A stretch of 64,000 nucleotides of DNA from an uncultured Desulfobacterales bacterium (GCA_964636125.1 CAZWPX010000016.1:987-64986); one strand, 5' to 3'; positions 48,589-57,763 are shown, counted from the stretch's first letter. Made by a program: numbers and translations. Notes: generated by a model not told the origin, from the letters alone.

Positions 48589-50352
48589 TTACGGATTGGG
48601 CAGGTGATCCCTGTCTGAATCCAGAGCATCGGTCAACAGGTTCCCGATGTAGGCTTCTGCGCTGGTAAGGGCCTTCCGGGAGATAAAGAACCGATGACGG
48701 CCGGTTTTTTCTTTGACGAGTTTAAGGCCCAGTTCAAAGTCATCTGCCAGGATGTCGTAGAGATTCTCCAAATCAAAGCCCTCCGCCACCCTTTTCGAAA
48801 TGATGAAATCGACCGCATCTTCTTCAAGCACAATATTGATATCATTTTTTTTGAAGAATTGCAGTTCTATCTTTTTCACCTCGTCATAGAAGCTTTTCAT
48901 GCGGGTCAGGGCGAGGTCGATGTCCATGATGTTGCGGCCGTAAAAGGTGGCGGCCAACGCCATTCTTGCTTCTGTAAGCGTGAGTTTGTATTTTTCCGAA
49001 AGACCCCGGTTATTTTCCTGCAGGTAGTCGATGATCCGTTGTTTTTCATCATCGACCAGGGCTTCAAATTCAGTCTGGTTTTCAGGGCCGCCTGTTTTCA
49101 GACGGGCCAGGGATTCATCCGGATGCTCAATGAGATCCGCCGTTACCGGGAACTGTTTGACGTCACTGGAAGGCAGCTGTCGTTCAAATGCCAGCAGGGC
49201 GCTTTCGACGGCACTGACCAGCCCCCGGGCGCCGGTATTTTCACTGTGGGCGTTCCGGGCCAGGAGTGCCAGGGCACTGTCATCAAATTTTGCTTCGATA
49301 CCATAAGCGGCAAAGTCAAGTTTTTTGCCCAGAACGATGGGATTGTTGGGGTTTTTCAGGATCGTGAACAGGTCGTTTTCATCCAGGTATTCGAACTGCG
49401 CCCGGACAGGCAGCCGCCCGACGAATTCTGATTCAAATCCGAATTTAATCAAGTCTTCCGAAGTGGTGCAGCCCAAAAGATCCGTCGATTTTTCCGGGGG
49501 TTTGAGTGCTGATCCGAATCCGATTCTCTGGGTGTACAGTCGTTTTTCAATGATCTCATCCAGGCCCCCGAAAGCACCGCTCATGATGAACAGGATGTTG
49601 CGGGTGTTGACCGTCTGTTTATCCTTGGCGCCGGTTTTCCGGAAGCGCTCGATCTCCTGGAGCATGGATACCGGATCATGGGGAACTTTTAAATCGACAT
49701 CGGTCTCCTCCATGGGTTTGAGCAGGGCTCGCTGCACCCCGGTGCGCGACACATCCGCGCCCATGAGGTTGCGGCTGCCGGCAATCTTGTCGATTTCATC
49801 TATGTAGATAATGCCGTGCTGGGCCAGTTCGATATCCTCATCGGCTTCCCGCACCAGATCTCTGACCAGGTCTTCCACATCTCCGCCGACATAACCGGTC
49901 TCACTGAATTTTGTAGCGTCACCCTTCACAAAGGGCACCCCGATTTTGTTGGCGATCAGCTTGATCATATAGGTCTTGCCAACCCCGGTGGGGCCCATCA
50001 TCAGTACATTGTTTTTGATACTGCCGATCATGTCAACCACGTCCACACCGGGTAAATTCTGCCGGGACACCCGGTTGAAATGGGTGCATATCTTGGTGGC
50101 CAGAATTGCCTTGGCCGTATCCTGTTTAACGATGTACTGGTCCAGGTAGGCGATCAGTTCTTCCGGTTTCAGTTGGAAGTCGAATTTCAGGCCCTGTTTT
50201 TTTGCGCTTCCATCCTCTTCCTGTCGGGCCTGTTCGGGCATCACGATTGGCGACACCATTTTTACCTGGTTGCCGAATCTCTTGGATAGAAAGTCTCCGA
50301 TTTCTTTTTCAAGTTCCCGTGGATCGGGGATTTTTTCGTCTGTGTTTTTCAT
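48589..50352 (-). CDS. ClpX-like AAA+ ATPase without Zn-binding domain and with C-terminal extension
   Basis: GPTGVGKT, DATKFSETGYVGGDVE, IDEIDK, VQRALLK, IGF loop, EFVGRLP, GARGL. Confidence 0.88.
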   Translation of the reverse strand: MKNTDEKIPDPRELEKEIGDFLSKRFGNQVKMVSPIVMPEQARQEEDGSAKKQGLKFDFQLKPEELIAYLDQYIVKQDTAKAILATKICTHFNRVSRQNLPGVDVVDMIGSIKNNVLMMGPTGVGKTYMIKLIANKIGVPFVKGDATKFSETGYVGGDVEDLVRDLVREADEDIELAQHGIIYIDEIDKIAGSRNLMGADVSRTGVQRALLKPMEETDVDLKVPHDPVSMLQEIERFRKTGAKDKQTVNTRNILFIMSGAFGGLDEIIEKRLYTQRIGFGSALKPPEKSTDLLGCTTSEDLIKFGFESEFVGRLPVRAQFEYLDENDLFTILKNPNNPIVLGKKLDFAAYGIEAKFDDSALALLARNAHSENTGARGLVSAVESALLAFERQLPSSDVKQFPVTADLIEHPDESLARLKTGGPENQTEFEALVDDEKQRIIDYLQENNRGLSEKYKLTLTEARMALAATFYGRNIMDIDLALTRMKSFYDEVKKIELQFFKKNDINIVLEEDAVDFIISKRVAEGFDLENLYDILADDFELGLKLVKEKTGRHRFFISRKALTSAEAYIGNLLTDALDSDRDHLPNP

Positions 50353-50845
50353 GGTTTTGTACCAGCGGGCTTTAAGTGTATATAAAAATTGTTATAACAG
50401 ATACTTATATTAGACGATACCATCGGTTTTCGAAACCTGCGCGTTTATCAGCGGCCTGTCCGAGGTGTCGTACAAAAGGGCTGCAACGACCGCTCCCAAG
50501 TATAATCACACCCATACACAAATGCAAGATATCGGGAAGGGATAATCACGCGTGTTAATTTTTTTGACAACCCGACGATTTTCGCCTATTCTTTTTACAA
50601 GTGCCAAATGATTCAACCGGACATAAAACGCACGCGATCTGGCCCGAATCTGGTCCAAACCGGATGCAGTCTCTCCCTCTAACCCCGCAAGCCGTCCTGG
50701 ACCTGCTGATTTACACTGGCCTGGCGCCAGCCGCCTGACGAAAGGCTGGCGATGCCTGTGCAGGGACACCGTTGCACCTGCCTGGCTTTTTCGCCGTTTG
50801 GCACGCCCTTTTTGATGAACCTTTTGATTGAAAAGGAGAAAAAGC

Positions 50846-51748
50846 ATGCGTATCCGGATAAAAACCATTCTTTGCACCACAGACTTTTCAGATTTCTCAA
50901 ACCAGACGATTGATTATGGATTGGCTATTGCCAGGGAGTTTGACGCCCGGTTGCTGGTGTGCCACGTCATCGATCTTCAGTTTGCAGCGATCTACGGCAC
51001 CGTGCACTTTTTACCGCCTGACCTGCAGGCCCAGAGCATCCAGACGGCTCAAGAACGAATTGAAGCGTTTATGGAATCCTGCGAGGTTGCCTGGGAGCCG
51101 GTGGTGGTGGCAGGCCCCCCGGCCGACGAGATTACCCGGGTGGTGGCGGACAGGTCAATCGATCTGGCCATCGCGGCCACCCATGGACGCTCGGGGCTCC
51201 GGCGCTTTATCCTGGGTTCGGTGACCGAACGGCTCATGCGGACCATGGCCTGCCCATTGCTGGTTGTCCGGGATATCAAGCCGGAGATGCTGCCCGACCC
51301 GGCGCGGGGTCTGCGTTTTAAAAAAATCCTGGTGGGGTGCGATTTCTCACCGGCGGCCAACGCCGCGCTTGGCTATGGACTGGGGCTGGCGCAGGAATTC
51401 GAGGCGGAACTGCACCTGGTCCATATCCTGGAACCCCAGGTCTATAGCGACATCCTGACCACAAACATGAGCACGGTGCCGGGTAAAAGCGAAGATGTCA
51501 GGGCCAGGTTGGATAAGCGCCTGGCAGAACTTATACCCGGGGAGGTGATGAACTGGTGCCGGGTGAGGACTGCGGTAATTGAAGGGCGCCCCTTTGATGC
51601 CCTCACCACCTACGCCGACCAGAGGGATGTTGACCTGATCGTGCTGGGGGTCAGGGGGCACGGGGTGGTCGAGACCCTGTTCCTCGGATCGACCACCGAC
51701 CGGGTTGCCCGCCGGGCGCAGTGCCCGGTGCTGTCCGTGAGCCCCTAA
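50846..51748 (+). CDS. Universal stress protein (tandem USP domains)
   Basis: ILCTTDFS..HGRSG..LGSVTE; ILVGCDFS..GVRGHG..LGSTTD. Confidence 0.95.
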   Translation: MRIRIKTILCTTDFSDFSNQTIDYGLAIAREFDARLLVCHVIDLQFAAIYGTVHFLPPDLQAQSIQTAQERIEAFMESCEVAWEPVVVAGPPADEITRVVADRSIDLAIAATHGRSGLRRFILGSVTERLMRTMACPLLVVRDIKPEMLPDPARGLRFKKILVGCDFSPAANAALGYGLGLAQEFEAELHLVHILEPQVYSDILTTNMSTVPGKSEDVRARLDKRLAELIPGEVMNWCRVRTAVIEGRPFDALTTYADQRDVDLIVLGVRGHGVVETLFLGSTTDRVARRAQCPVLSVSP

Positions 51749-51900
51749 CTGGTGCCCATCCACAAACGGCATTTTTCGGCATAGGGCTGCGTTTTCGCTC
51801 TTTTGAAATCCTCGAAATAGCCCGCTATTACTGCGGTTTCAAAATTGCTCAAGCCTTGTTCTGAGCCAGAATCTACCATCTATGAACGGACACCAATTGA
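51746..51900. repeat. ~150 bp imperfect palindromic element, copy C
   Basis: aactggtgcccatccacaaacggca ... taccatctatgaacggacaccaatt; core ttttgaaatcctcgaaatag-cccg-ctattactgcggtttcaaaa; begins at the USP stop TAA. Confidence 0.82.
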
Positions 51901-51911
51901 AAGGAGGAGAG

Positions 51912-52199
51912 ATGACAGTCAAAATCCTGATTAAGCGCAAGGCCTCGGAAAAACAGCTTGAAGCGTTAAATTTATTGCTCAGGCGGTTCAGGGTCCTGGC
52001 CCTGGAACAGCCCGGATATGTCTCCGGAGAAACCCTGCAGCGGCTTGATCAACCCAACGAGACCCTGGTGATCAGCACCTGGAAATCTGAATCCGACTGG
52101 AACAATTGGGTGAACAACGCAAACCGCCGGTCTATCCAGGCCCAGATAGACGCTTTGCTGGGTAATGTAACGACCTGGGAGGTGTATGGGGACAGATAG
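51912..52199 (+). CDS. Antibiotic biosynthesis monooxygenase (ABM) family protein
   Basis: AGGAGG RBS; QPGYVSGETL..LVISTW.S..W motif. Confidence 0.85.
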   Translation: MTVKILIKRKASEKQLEALNLLLRRFRVLALEQPGYVSGETLQRLDQPNETLVISTWKSESDWNNWVNNANRRSIQAQIDALLGNVTTWEVYGDR

Positions 52200-52202
52200 C
52201 CT

Positions 52203-52238
52203 GAAAATTCGAAGTCAGAATATCGAAATTCGAAACAA
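52203..52238 (+). repeat. Heptamer array fragment (AATTCGA)n
   Basis: gaaaattcgaagtcagaatatcgaaattcgaaac. Confidence 0.55.
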
Positions 52239-52286
52239 TATGGCAGACTACAGGAACCAAAAATATCAAAGCAGGTTGGTGTTTTT

Positions 52287-52365
52287 GTCATTCCGGGCTT
52301 GATCCGGAATTTATCGTCTTTTCGGTCCCATACACCACTGGATGCCGGATCAAGTCCGGTATGAC
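52287..52365. repeat. REP-like inverted doublet
   Basis: gtcattccgggcttgatccggaat ... ctggatgccggatcaagtccggtatgac; each unit is a hairpin and the two are inverted. Confidence 0.8.
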
Positions 52366-52444
52366 GGGCACAAATTGATCGATTATTTGCATTGCGGCAC
52401 AACCTCTCTGGGCCAGGATGCTTTTCTGGGGTTCATACCAGGCG

Positions 52445-53452
52445 CTATATCAGCTTATAGATAACGCCCCCCCAGGTCAGCCCCGCGCCCAAACCAATGA
52501 GCATGATGGTGTCTTTTGGCTTCAATATATTTTTCTCCATGAGTTCGTCAAATGCAATGGGAATAGTCGCTGCTGTTGTATTTCCATATCGCTGAATATT
52601 GTTATACATTTTTTCTTCCGGGATATTCATCCGTTTCCTGAAAGCCTCGTTTATTCTCAGATTGGCCTGGTGGGGAATAACCATATCCAGATTTTCAATT
52701 TTCAGGTTGGCTTTTGTCAACAACTCCGCTGTCACCTTTGGCAGCAGGGTCACAGCCAGTTTGAATACTGTCTTTCCATCCATATAAGGAAAATGAGCCT
52801 TGTTTTTTATTGCGGCTGGACTTATAGGGTGTCCGGATTTTTGAGCAGGTAATCCCACACGCAATGCCCCGGCATAGTTTCCGTCCGCATGGAGAATCGA
52901 TGTTATGATTCCTACTTCCGCGCTGGTTTCAACAGCCTCAATACAAACTGCCCCGGCACCATCTGCAAAAATCACTGCGGTATCACGGTTTTCGTTTGTC
53001 AACTCCAAGTATCGGCTTTGGAATTCAGCGCCTACCAGAAGGATCTTTTGTGCTTTTTCACTCCGGATATAGGCATCGCAAATTTCCAATCCATGTAGAA
53101 ACCCGGTGCATTGCTGACGGATATCAAGGGCAGGCACCTTTTTAGCACCCAGGCGTTTTTGCAGAAAGGTTCCCGAACCGGGCACATTCACGTCCGGTGT
53201 CATGGTTGCACATACAATTAAATCCAGGTCCTCCGGAGTCCAGCCTGCTCTTTCCAATGCGATAACTGCAGCCTCATACGCAAGATCCGATGTGCCGATA
53301 TCCTCGCCTTCAGGAACCCAGTATCTGGCTTCTATACCTGTGCGTTGCACAATCCATTCATTTGAAGTATCTATCAGTGCGGTTAACGTTTCGTTGGTGA
53401 CATGTCTTCCGGGTACATACCTGCCGGAACTCTTTATAATTGATCGTTTCAT
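52445..53452 (-). CDS. fabH: Beta-ketoacyl-ACP synthase III (FabH-like)
   Basis: DTSNEWIVQRTGI, catalytic QQCTGF, FADGAGA, PHQAN, YGNT, GAGLTWG. Confidence 0.92.
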   Translation of the reverse strand: MKRSIIKSSGRYVPGRHVTNETLTALIDTSNEWIVQRTGIEARYWVPEGEDIGTSDLAYEAAVIALERAGWTPEDLDLIVCATMTPDVNVPGSGTFLQKRLGAKKVPALDIRQQCTGFLHGLEICDAYIRSEKAQKILLVGAEFQSRYLELTNENRDTAVIFADGAGAVCIEAVETSAEVGIITSILHADGNYAGALRVGLPAQKSGHPISPAAIKNKAHFPYMDGKTVFKLAVTLLPKVTAELLTKANLKIENLDMVIPHQANLRINEAFRKRMNIPEEKMYNNIQRYGNTTAATIPIAFDELMEKNILKPKDTIMLIGLGAGLTWGGVIYKLI

Positions 53453-53625
53453 AAGAATGATCTGTTATCCTTTTTGTCTGTTTACCAACGAATCTTAGCC
53501 GGTAACAGGTGGGGTAAAGGTTCTGGAATCAATAAGTTAACTTAATTTCAAAATAGAGCGGGTGATAGGGGTCAAGGATGAACGTTAACGCAAATGACCA
53601 AATGACAGAAACAGGTGCTTGTCAA

Positions 53626-53782
53626 TAGTGCCCCTCCATAAATCAAAGATGTCAGGATGGAGCTATTAGCTCTTAGCCGTCAGCAATTAGTTAATACCCT
53701 GTATTTTAACCGTTTTTTCTAAAAACTAATGGCTAAAAGCTAACGTCTTCCATCCATGATTGGAAATCATGGATGGACACTA
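53626..53782. repeat. Composite repeat: TAGTGYCCMTCCAT inverted ends enclosing an inverted heptamer array
   Basis: tagtgcccctccataaatc ... agctattagctcttagccgtcagc ... ctaatggctaaaagctaac ... tccatccatgat-tggaa-atcatggatggacacta. Confidence 0.65.
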
Positions 53783-53825
53783 AATAATACTAATTCAAAA
53801 CTAAGGATGTTCAACAGGAGCAATT

Positions 53826-54839
53826 TTGGAACAATATACTATCGAACAGATTAACAAAGCGGTAAACGGTACACTTGACGGCAGCCCGACGATCACCATT
53901 ACAAGTGTAGAGCAAATCTCAGAGGCCACGGAAAATCAGCTCACGTTCATCGGTGAGAAGAAATACATAAAACTGTGGGAAAGATCAAGTGCTTCCGCTG
54001 CAATTATCAAGGAAAGCCTGGATGCTGAACCGGGGCAGGGGCGGGCGCTTATCCGGGTGGCTGATTTCGATCTTGCTTTGACAGACGCCCTTAGATTGTT
54101 TGAGAAGCCTCCCCCCAGGTGTGGACCCGGTATCCATGCAACCGCGGTGGTGGACGCCACCGCCGTGATCGGAGAAGGTGCCGCTATTGGTGCCGGCTGC
54201 TATCTTGGGCCGGGTGTTGTTATCGGCGCCAATACCAGGCTTTATCCCAATGTCACCGTGCTGGACGACACCCGTATCGGCAGTGGGACGATTATCTGGC
54301 CCAGTACGGTCATACGTGAACGCTGCCGGATAGGGGACAACTGTATTATCCATCCGAATGTGACAATCGGTGCGGACGGCTTTGGCTTTATGCCGTCACC
54401 GGATGGGCAGGGCCTGGTCAAGATTCCGCAAATCGGTGGGGTTGAGATTGGCGATGGCGTTGAGATCGGGGCTGGCAGCTGTGTGGACCGCGGTAAGTTC
54501 AGCACCACAAGGATCGGCGACGGCACAAAAATCGACAACCTTGTTCAAATCGCCCATAACTGCAAACTCGGCCGCTGTTGTGTGATGGCCGGGCAATCCG
54601 GACTCGCCGGGTCCGTAACGTTAGGTGATGGGGTTATGATGGGCGGGGGGGCGAGAGTTAAAGATCATGTAACCGTCGGTGACGGGGTAAAACTGGGCGG
54701 AAACGCCGGGGTGATGAAAGATGTGGCACCCGGAAAAACGCTTATCGGGTTTCCTGCGGGCGAGTATCGGGAGATATTGCGGCTTTGGGCCGCGCAGAAG
54801 CAACTTCCCGATCTTATTAGACAGATGAAGAAAAAATAG
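53826..54839 (+). CDS. lpxD: UDP-3-O-(3-hydroxyacyl)glucosamine N-acyltransferase
   Basis: Hexapeptide repeats, [35 protein letters not shown] start after AGGAG. Confidence 0.93.
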   Translation: MEQYTIEQINKAVNGTLDGSPTITITSVEQISEATENQLTFIGEKKYIKLWERSSASAAIIKESLDAEPGQGRALIRVADFDLALTDALRLFEKPPPRCGPGIHATAVVDATAVIGEGAAIGAGCYLGPGVVIGANTRLYPNVTVLDDTRIGSGTIIWPSTVIRERCRIGDNCIIHPNVTIGADGFGFMPSPDGQGLVKIPQIGGVEIGDGVEIGAGSCVDRGKFSTTRIGDGTKIDNLVQIAHNCKLGRCCVMAGQSGLAGSVTLGDGVMMGGGARVKDHVTVGDGVKLGGNAGVMKDVAPGKTLIGFPAGEYREILRLWAAQKQLPDLIRQMKKK

Positions 54840-54974
54840 TTCTCTGTTCCCAGTTACTGACATTGATTTGGAGGGTCCTTCAAGTATGATATTTATACTC
54901 GGGAAGTCTCTACTTTTCAATGGCAATGTTTTTGGGGGGAGGTATATAGTATGGGGAATGCGGATGTACTCACC

Positions 54975-55012
54975 AATAAAGGGGCTATCAAAATATTGAT
55001 AGCCCCTTTATT
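54975..55012. terminator. Bidirectional terminator-like hairpin at the tRNA-Arg 3' end
   Basis: aataaaggggctatcaa-aata-ttgatagcccctttatt perfect inverted repeat. Confidence 0.75.
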
Positions 55013-55018
55013 TTATTA

Positions 55019-55094
55019 TGGTACGCCCGGCTGGATTCGAACCAGCGATCTTCAGCTCCGGAGGCTGACGCCCTATCCCCTGGGCTACGGGCGC
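55019..55094 (-). tRNA. tRNA-Arg(CCG)
   Basis: Reverse complement GCGCCCGTAGCCCAGGGGATAGGGCGTCAGCCTCCGGAGCTGAAGATCGCTGGTTCGAATCCAGCCGGGCGTACCA; anticodon CCG, encoded CCA. Confidence 0.96.
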
Positions 55095-55227
55095 TTATTG
55101 TCCTTTCACAAGCGGCATCTTTTGGCCCTGAGCCGCGTTTTCATACTTTTGAAATCCTTGCCATAGCACTCACTATGCACCACAATAGGCATTTTGCTTC
55201 GCGACGCTCAGAACCAAAGACTGTCAA

Positions 55228-56520
55228 TTAGCTGATCCTTCCTGATAAGTCAAGCATCTGTCGTGCTTCGCCGACCACATAGAGAGAACCGGCGATACAG
55301 ATGACCCCGTCCGGGCCGGTAGTCTCTATGGCGTGCTCCACCGCCTCCGGAATACTGGCAACTATGATTGTCTTTTTATTGTAGGGCTCTACAACCGGCA
55401 GGAGTGCTTCCGGTTCCAGGGCCCGGTCAATGATGGGTCGAGTCAGGATGACGCGTTGACACGGCGGCAACAGCAGGTCCAGCATCTGCTGGTAGGGTTT
55501 GTCGTCCAGGATGCCCACCACCAGCGTGATCTTGCGGTCGGCAAACCGGGTTTTCAGGAAATTTGCCAGGACTTCACAGGCCACGAGGTTATGGGCACCG
55601 TCCAGCAGGATGGTCGGTGACTGTGCTACGATTTCAAGCCGCCCGGGCCAGTGGTTCTGCCTGATCCCGAAACGCATGGCCGCTTCATCGATGGCAGTCG
55701 CGCCGGTTTGATTGAGGGTTTCACAGGCGGCCAGCACCAGGGCTGCGTTATCGTGCTGGTGGTCGCCGGGCAAACCGACTTCAATGGCCGCATAATTCTT
55801 TCCAATGCCCTGGTAATCAAACATGCTGTCGGTTTGTGGGCGGATCTGGAATGCATCCTTGTACCGGTAGACCGGGGCGTTTTTTTCCGCGGCAAGAGCG
55901 GTTATCGTCTCAATGGCATCCGGCTGTTGAACACCGGTGATCACGGGCACCTCGTTTTTAATGATGCCGCCTTTTTCACCGGCGATCTGGGCGATGGTAT
56001 CCCCCAGGTAAGATTGGTGCTCCAGGGATATATTGGTAATGATGCACAGATCAGGATTGAGCACATTGGTGGCGTCCAGGCGGCCGCCCATGCCGGTTTC
56101 AATGATGGCCCAATCCACCTGTTTCTGCCCGAATACATACAGGGCCATGGCGGTGGTGAGTTCAAAAAAGGTGGTTTCCCGGTCGCCCTTGAAAGCGCCG
56201 GTGACCGTATCATAGGCCGCCACAATGTCATCATTGGTTATCGGCTTTGTGTCTATACAGATTCTTTCGTTGAAACTGACCAGGTGCGGGGAGGTGTATA
56301 GCCCGGTACGATATCCGGCCCGGTGCAAGATGGTGGCCAGTGCAGAGGCCACGGAGCCCTTGCCGTTGGTACCTGCAACGTGAATGCATTTGAATTTGTC
56401 CTGGGGGTTACCCAGGCTGTTGAGCGTGCCGCTTATAATGTCCAGGCCGAGTTTGATGCCGAACCGGTGCAGGCCGTACATGGACTTGAGGCATTTTTCG
56501 TAGGCGGTAGAATCTGTCAT
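55228..56520 (-). CDS. folC: Bifunctional folylpolyglutamate/dihydrofolate synthase
   Basis: HVAGTNGKGS, YTSPHL, TFFE, ETGMGGRLDATN, WPGRLE, LDGAHN, GSLY. Confidence 0.97.
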   Translation of the reverse strand: MTDSTAYEKCLKSMYGLHRFGIKLGLDIISGTLNSLGNPQDKFKCIHVAGTNGKGSVASALATILHRAGYRTGLYTSPHLVSFNERICIDTKPITNDDIVAAYDTVTGAFKGDRETTFFELTTAMALYVFGQKQVDWAIIETGMGGRLDATNVLNPDLCIITNISLEHQSYLGDTIAQIAGEKGGIIKNEVPVITGVQQPDAIETITALAAEKNAPVYRYKDAFQIRPQTDSMFDYQGIGKNYAAIEVGLPGDHQHDNAALVLAACETLNQTGATAIDEAAMRFGIRQNHWPGRLEIVAQSPTILLDGAHNLVACEVLANFLKTRFADRKITLVVGILDDKPYQQMLDLLLPPCQRVILTRPIIDRALEPEALLPVVEPYNKKTIIVASIPEAVEHAIETTGPDGVICIAGSLYVVGEARQMLDLSGRIS

Positions 56521-56618
56521 GCGAAATCTCACCAGATTGTTTTAAGCTTAAATCTCAACTTTTGGGTTTCATGTTTGGTGAAAATCAAAAAGCGCGTAAG
56601 CACGTATACGTAACACAT

Positions 56619-56657
56619 AAAAAAAATGCCCGGCAAGATTATCTCTTACCGGGCAGG
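56619..56657 (-). terminator. Intrinsic terminator after rpsU
   Basis: A-tract then tgcccggcaaga-ttatc-tcttaccgggca. Confidence 0.7.
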
Positions 56658-56678
56658 GATGTTCCATTTGCGAACTGT

Positions 56679-56885
56679 TTAGCGATAACGCCGGCTTCTG
56701 GAGGCCGCAATGCGCTGCCGACGAAGTGCTTCGCGCTGTTTGCGTCTTTTGAATTCACTGGGTTTTTCATAGCTTTTTTTCAGCTTCAAGCGCTTAAAAA
56801 GGCCGTCATTCTGAATCTTTTTTTTCAGAATACGCATGGCCTTTTCAAGGTCGTTGTCATACACTTTGACTTCAATTTGTTTCAA
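56679..56885 (-). CDS. rpsU: 30S ribosomal protein S21
   Basis: EVKVYDNDLEKAMRILKKK..YEKPSEFKRRK; TTG start after AAGGGGG. Confidence 0.93.
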   Translation of the reverse strand: MKQIEVKVYDNDLEKAMRILKKKIQNDGLFKRLKLKKSYEKPSEFKRRKQREALRRQRIAASRSRRYR

Positions 56886-57026
56886 CCGTCTCGCCCCCTT
56901 TGTTCGCGCCGCCAGCATCCATACTCCATTGGCGGTATGCGTAATTTGGATCTATACATCGAAACGCTATCTATAAATCAGAATTTTTTAAATTGCAAGC
57001 AATTATTTTTTCCGAGGCCCTTACCT

Positions 57027-57060
57027 AAAAAACCCTGGTTAAGATTCACCAGGGTTTTTT
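57027..57060 (-). terminator. Intrinsic terminator after adk
   Basis: aaaaaaccctggt-taagattc-accagggtttttt. Confidence 0.75.
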
Positions 57061-57088
57061 GCTCATCTTGCAACTATATAGGATCGTT

Positions 57089-57763
57089 CTACAGTTTTGA
57101 AACCAACTCTGCGGTTACATCCGTTACGCTGGGTTTGCCGTCAAGCGTGATGTATTTGATCGAATCGTCGGTGGCGGCAATGTCTCTAAAGTAATAGGCG
57201 GCCGCCAGTGTTCCGGTATCCGCGTCGTAGTAGATGCCGTGGCGTTTACCGATGGCGCCTTCATCCTGGTCATCCGAGCGCATGGTGAGATCACCACCGC
57301 ACACCCGGCATTTGTCGCCGTCCGGCTTGATCACATCGATATAGATGTTGTTGGGATGGTTGGCGTCATTGGCGCACAGACGGCGGCCCATGATCCGGTT
57401 TTTTGCGATTTCGCGGTCCAGCAGGATTTCAATGACAATATCCAGCTTCATCCCGGCGGCTTTCAGGGCCTCGTCCAGTTTGATGGACTGGTTCTTGTTT
57501 CTCGGGAAACCGTCCAGCAGCCAGCCGTCCTTACAGTCATCCTGCTGCAGGCGGTCAAGGATCATGGGGATGGTGATTTCATCCGGTACCAGGTCGCCTT
57601 TGTCGATATAGGCTTTCGCCTGGGCGCCCAGTTCGGTCCCGCCTTTTATATTGTCGCGAAAAATTGCACCGGATTCGATATGGGCGGTGTTGTATTTGCC
57701 TTTCAAAATGGCGCCCTGGGTACCCTTGCCGCTGCCGTTCGGACCAAAAAACAGAATGTTCAT
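57089..57763 (-). CDS. adk: Adenylate kinase
   Basis: FGPNGSGKGTQ, GDLVPD, WLLDGFPR, LID C..H..C..C, RSDD. Confidence 0.96.
   Translation of the reverse strand: MNILFFGPNGSGKGTQGAILKGKYNTAHIESGAIFRDNIKGGTELGAQAKAYIDKGDLVPDEITIPMILDRLQQDDCKDGWLLDGFPRNKNQSIKLDEALKAAGMKLDIVIEILLDREIAKNRIMGRRLCANDANHPNNIYIDVIKPDGDKCRVCGGDLTMRSDDQDEGAIGKRHGIYYDADTGTLAAAYYFRDIAATDDSIKYITLDGKPSVTDVTAELVSKL

Noticed and set aside
50799..50815. Possible sigma54 promoter TGGCACG upstream of the USP gene
   Set aside because: The -24 element is good but the -12 position reads TTTT instead of TTGC; not supportable without data
56562..57194. 210 aa + strand ORF over rpsU and the adk 3' end
   Set aside because: Antisense to rpsU/adk and crosses two terminators
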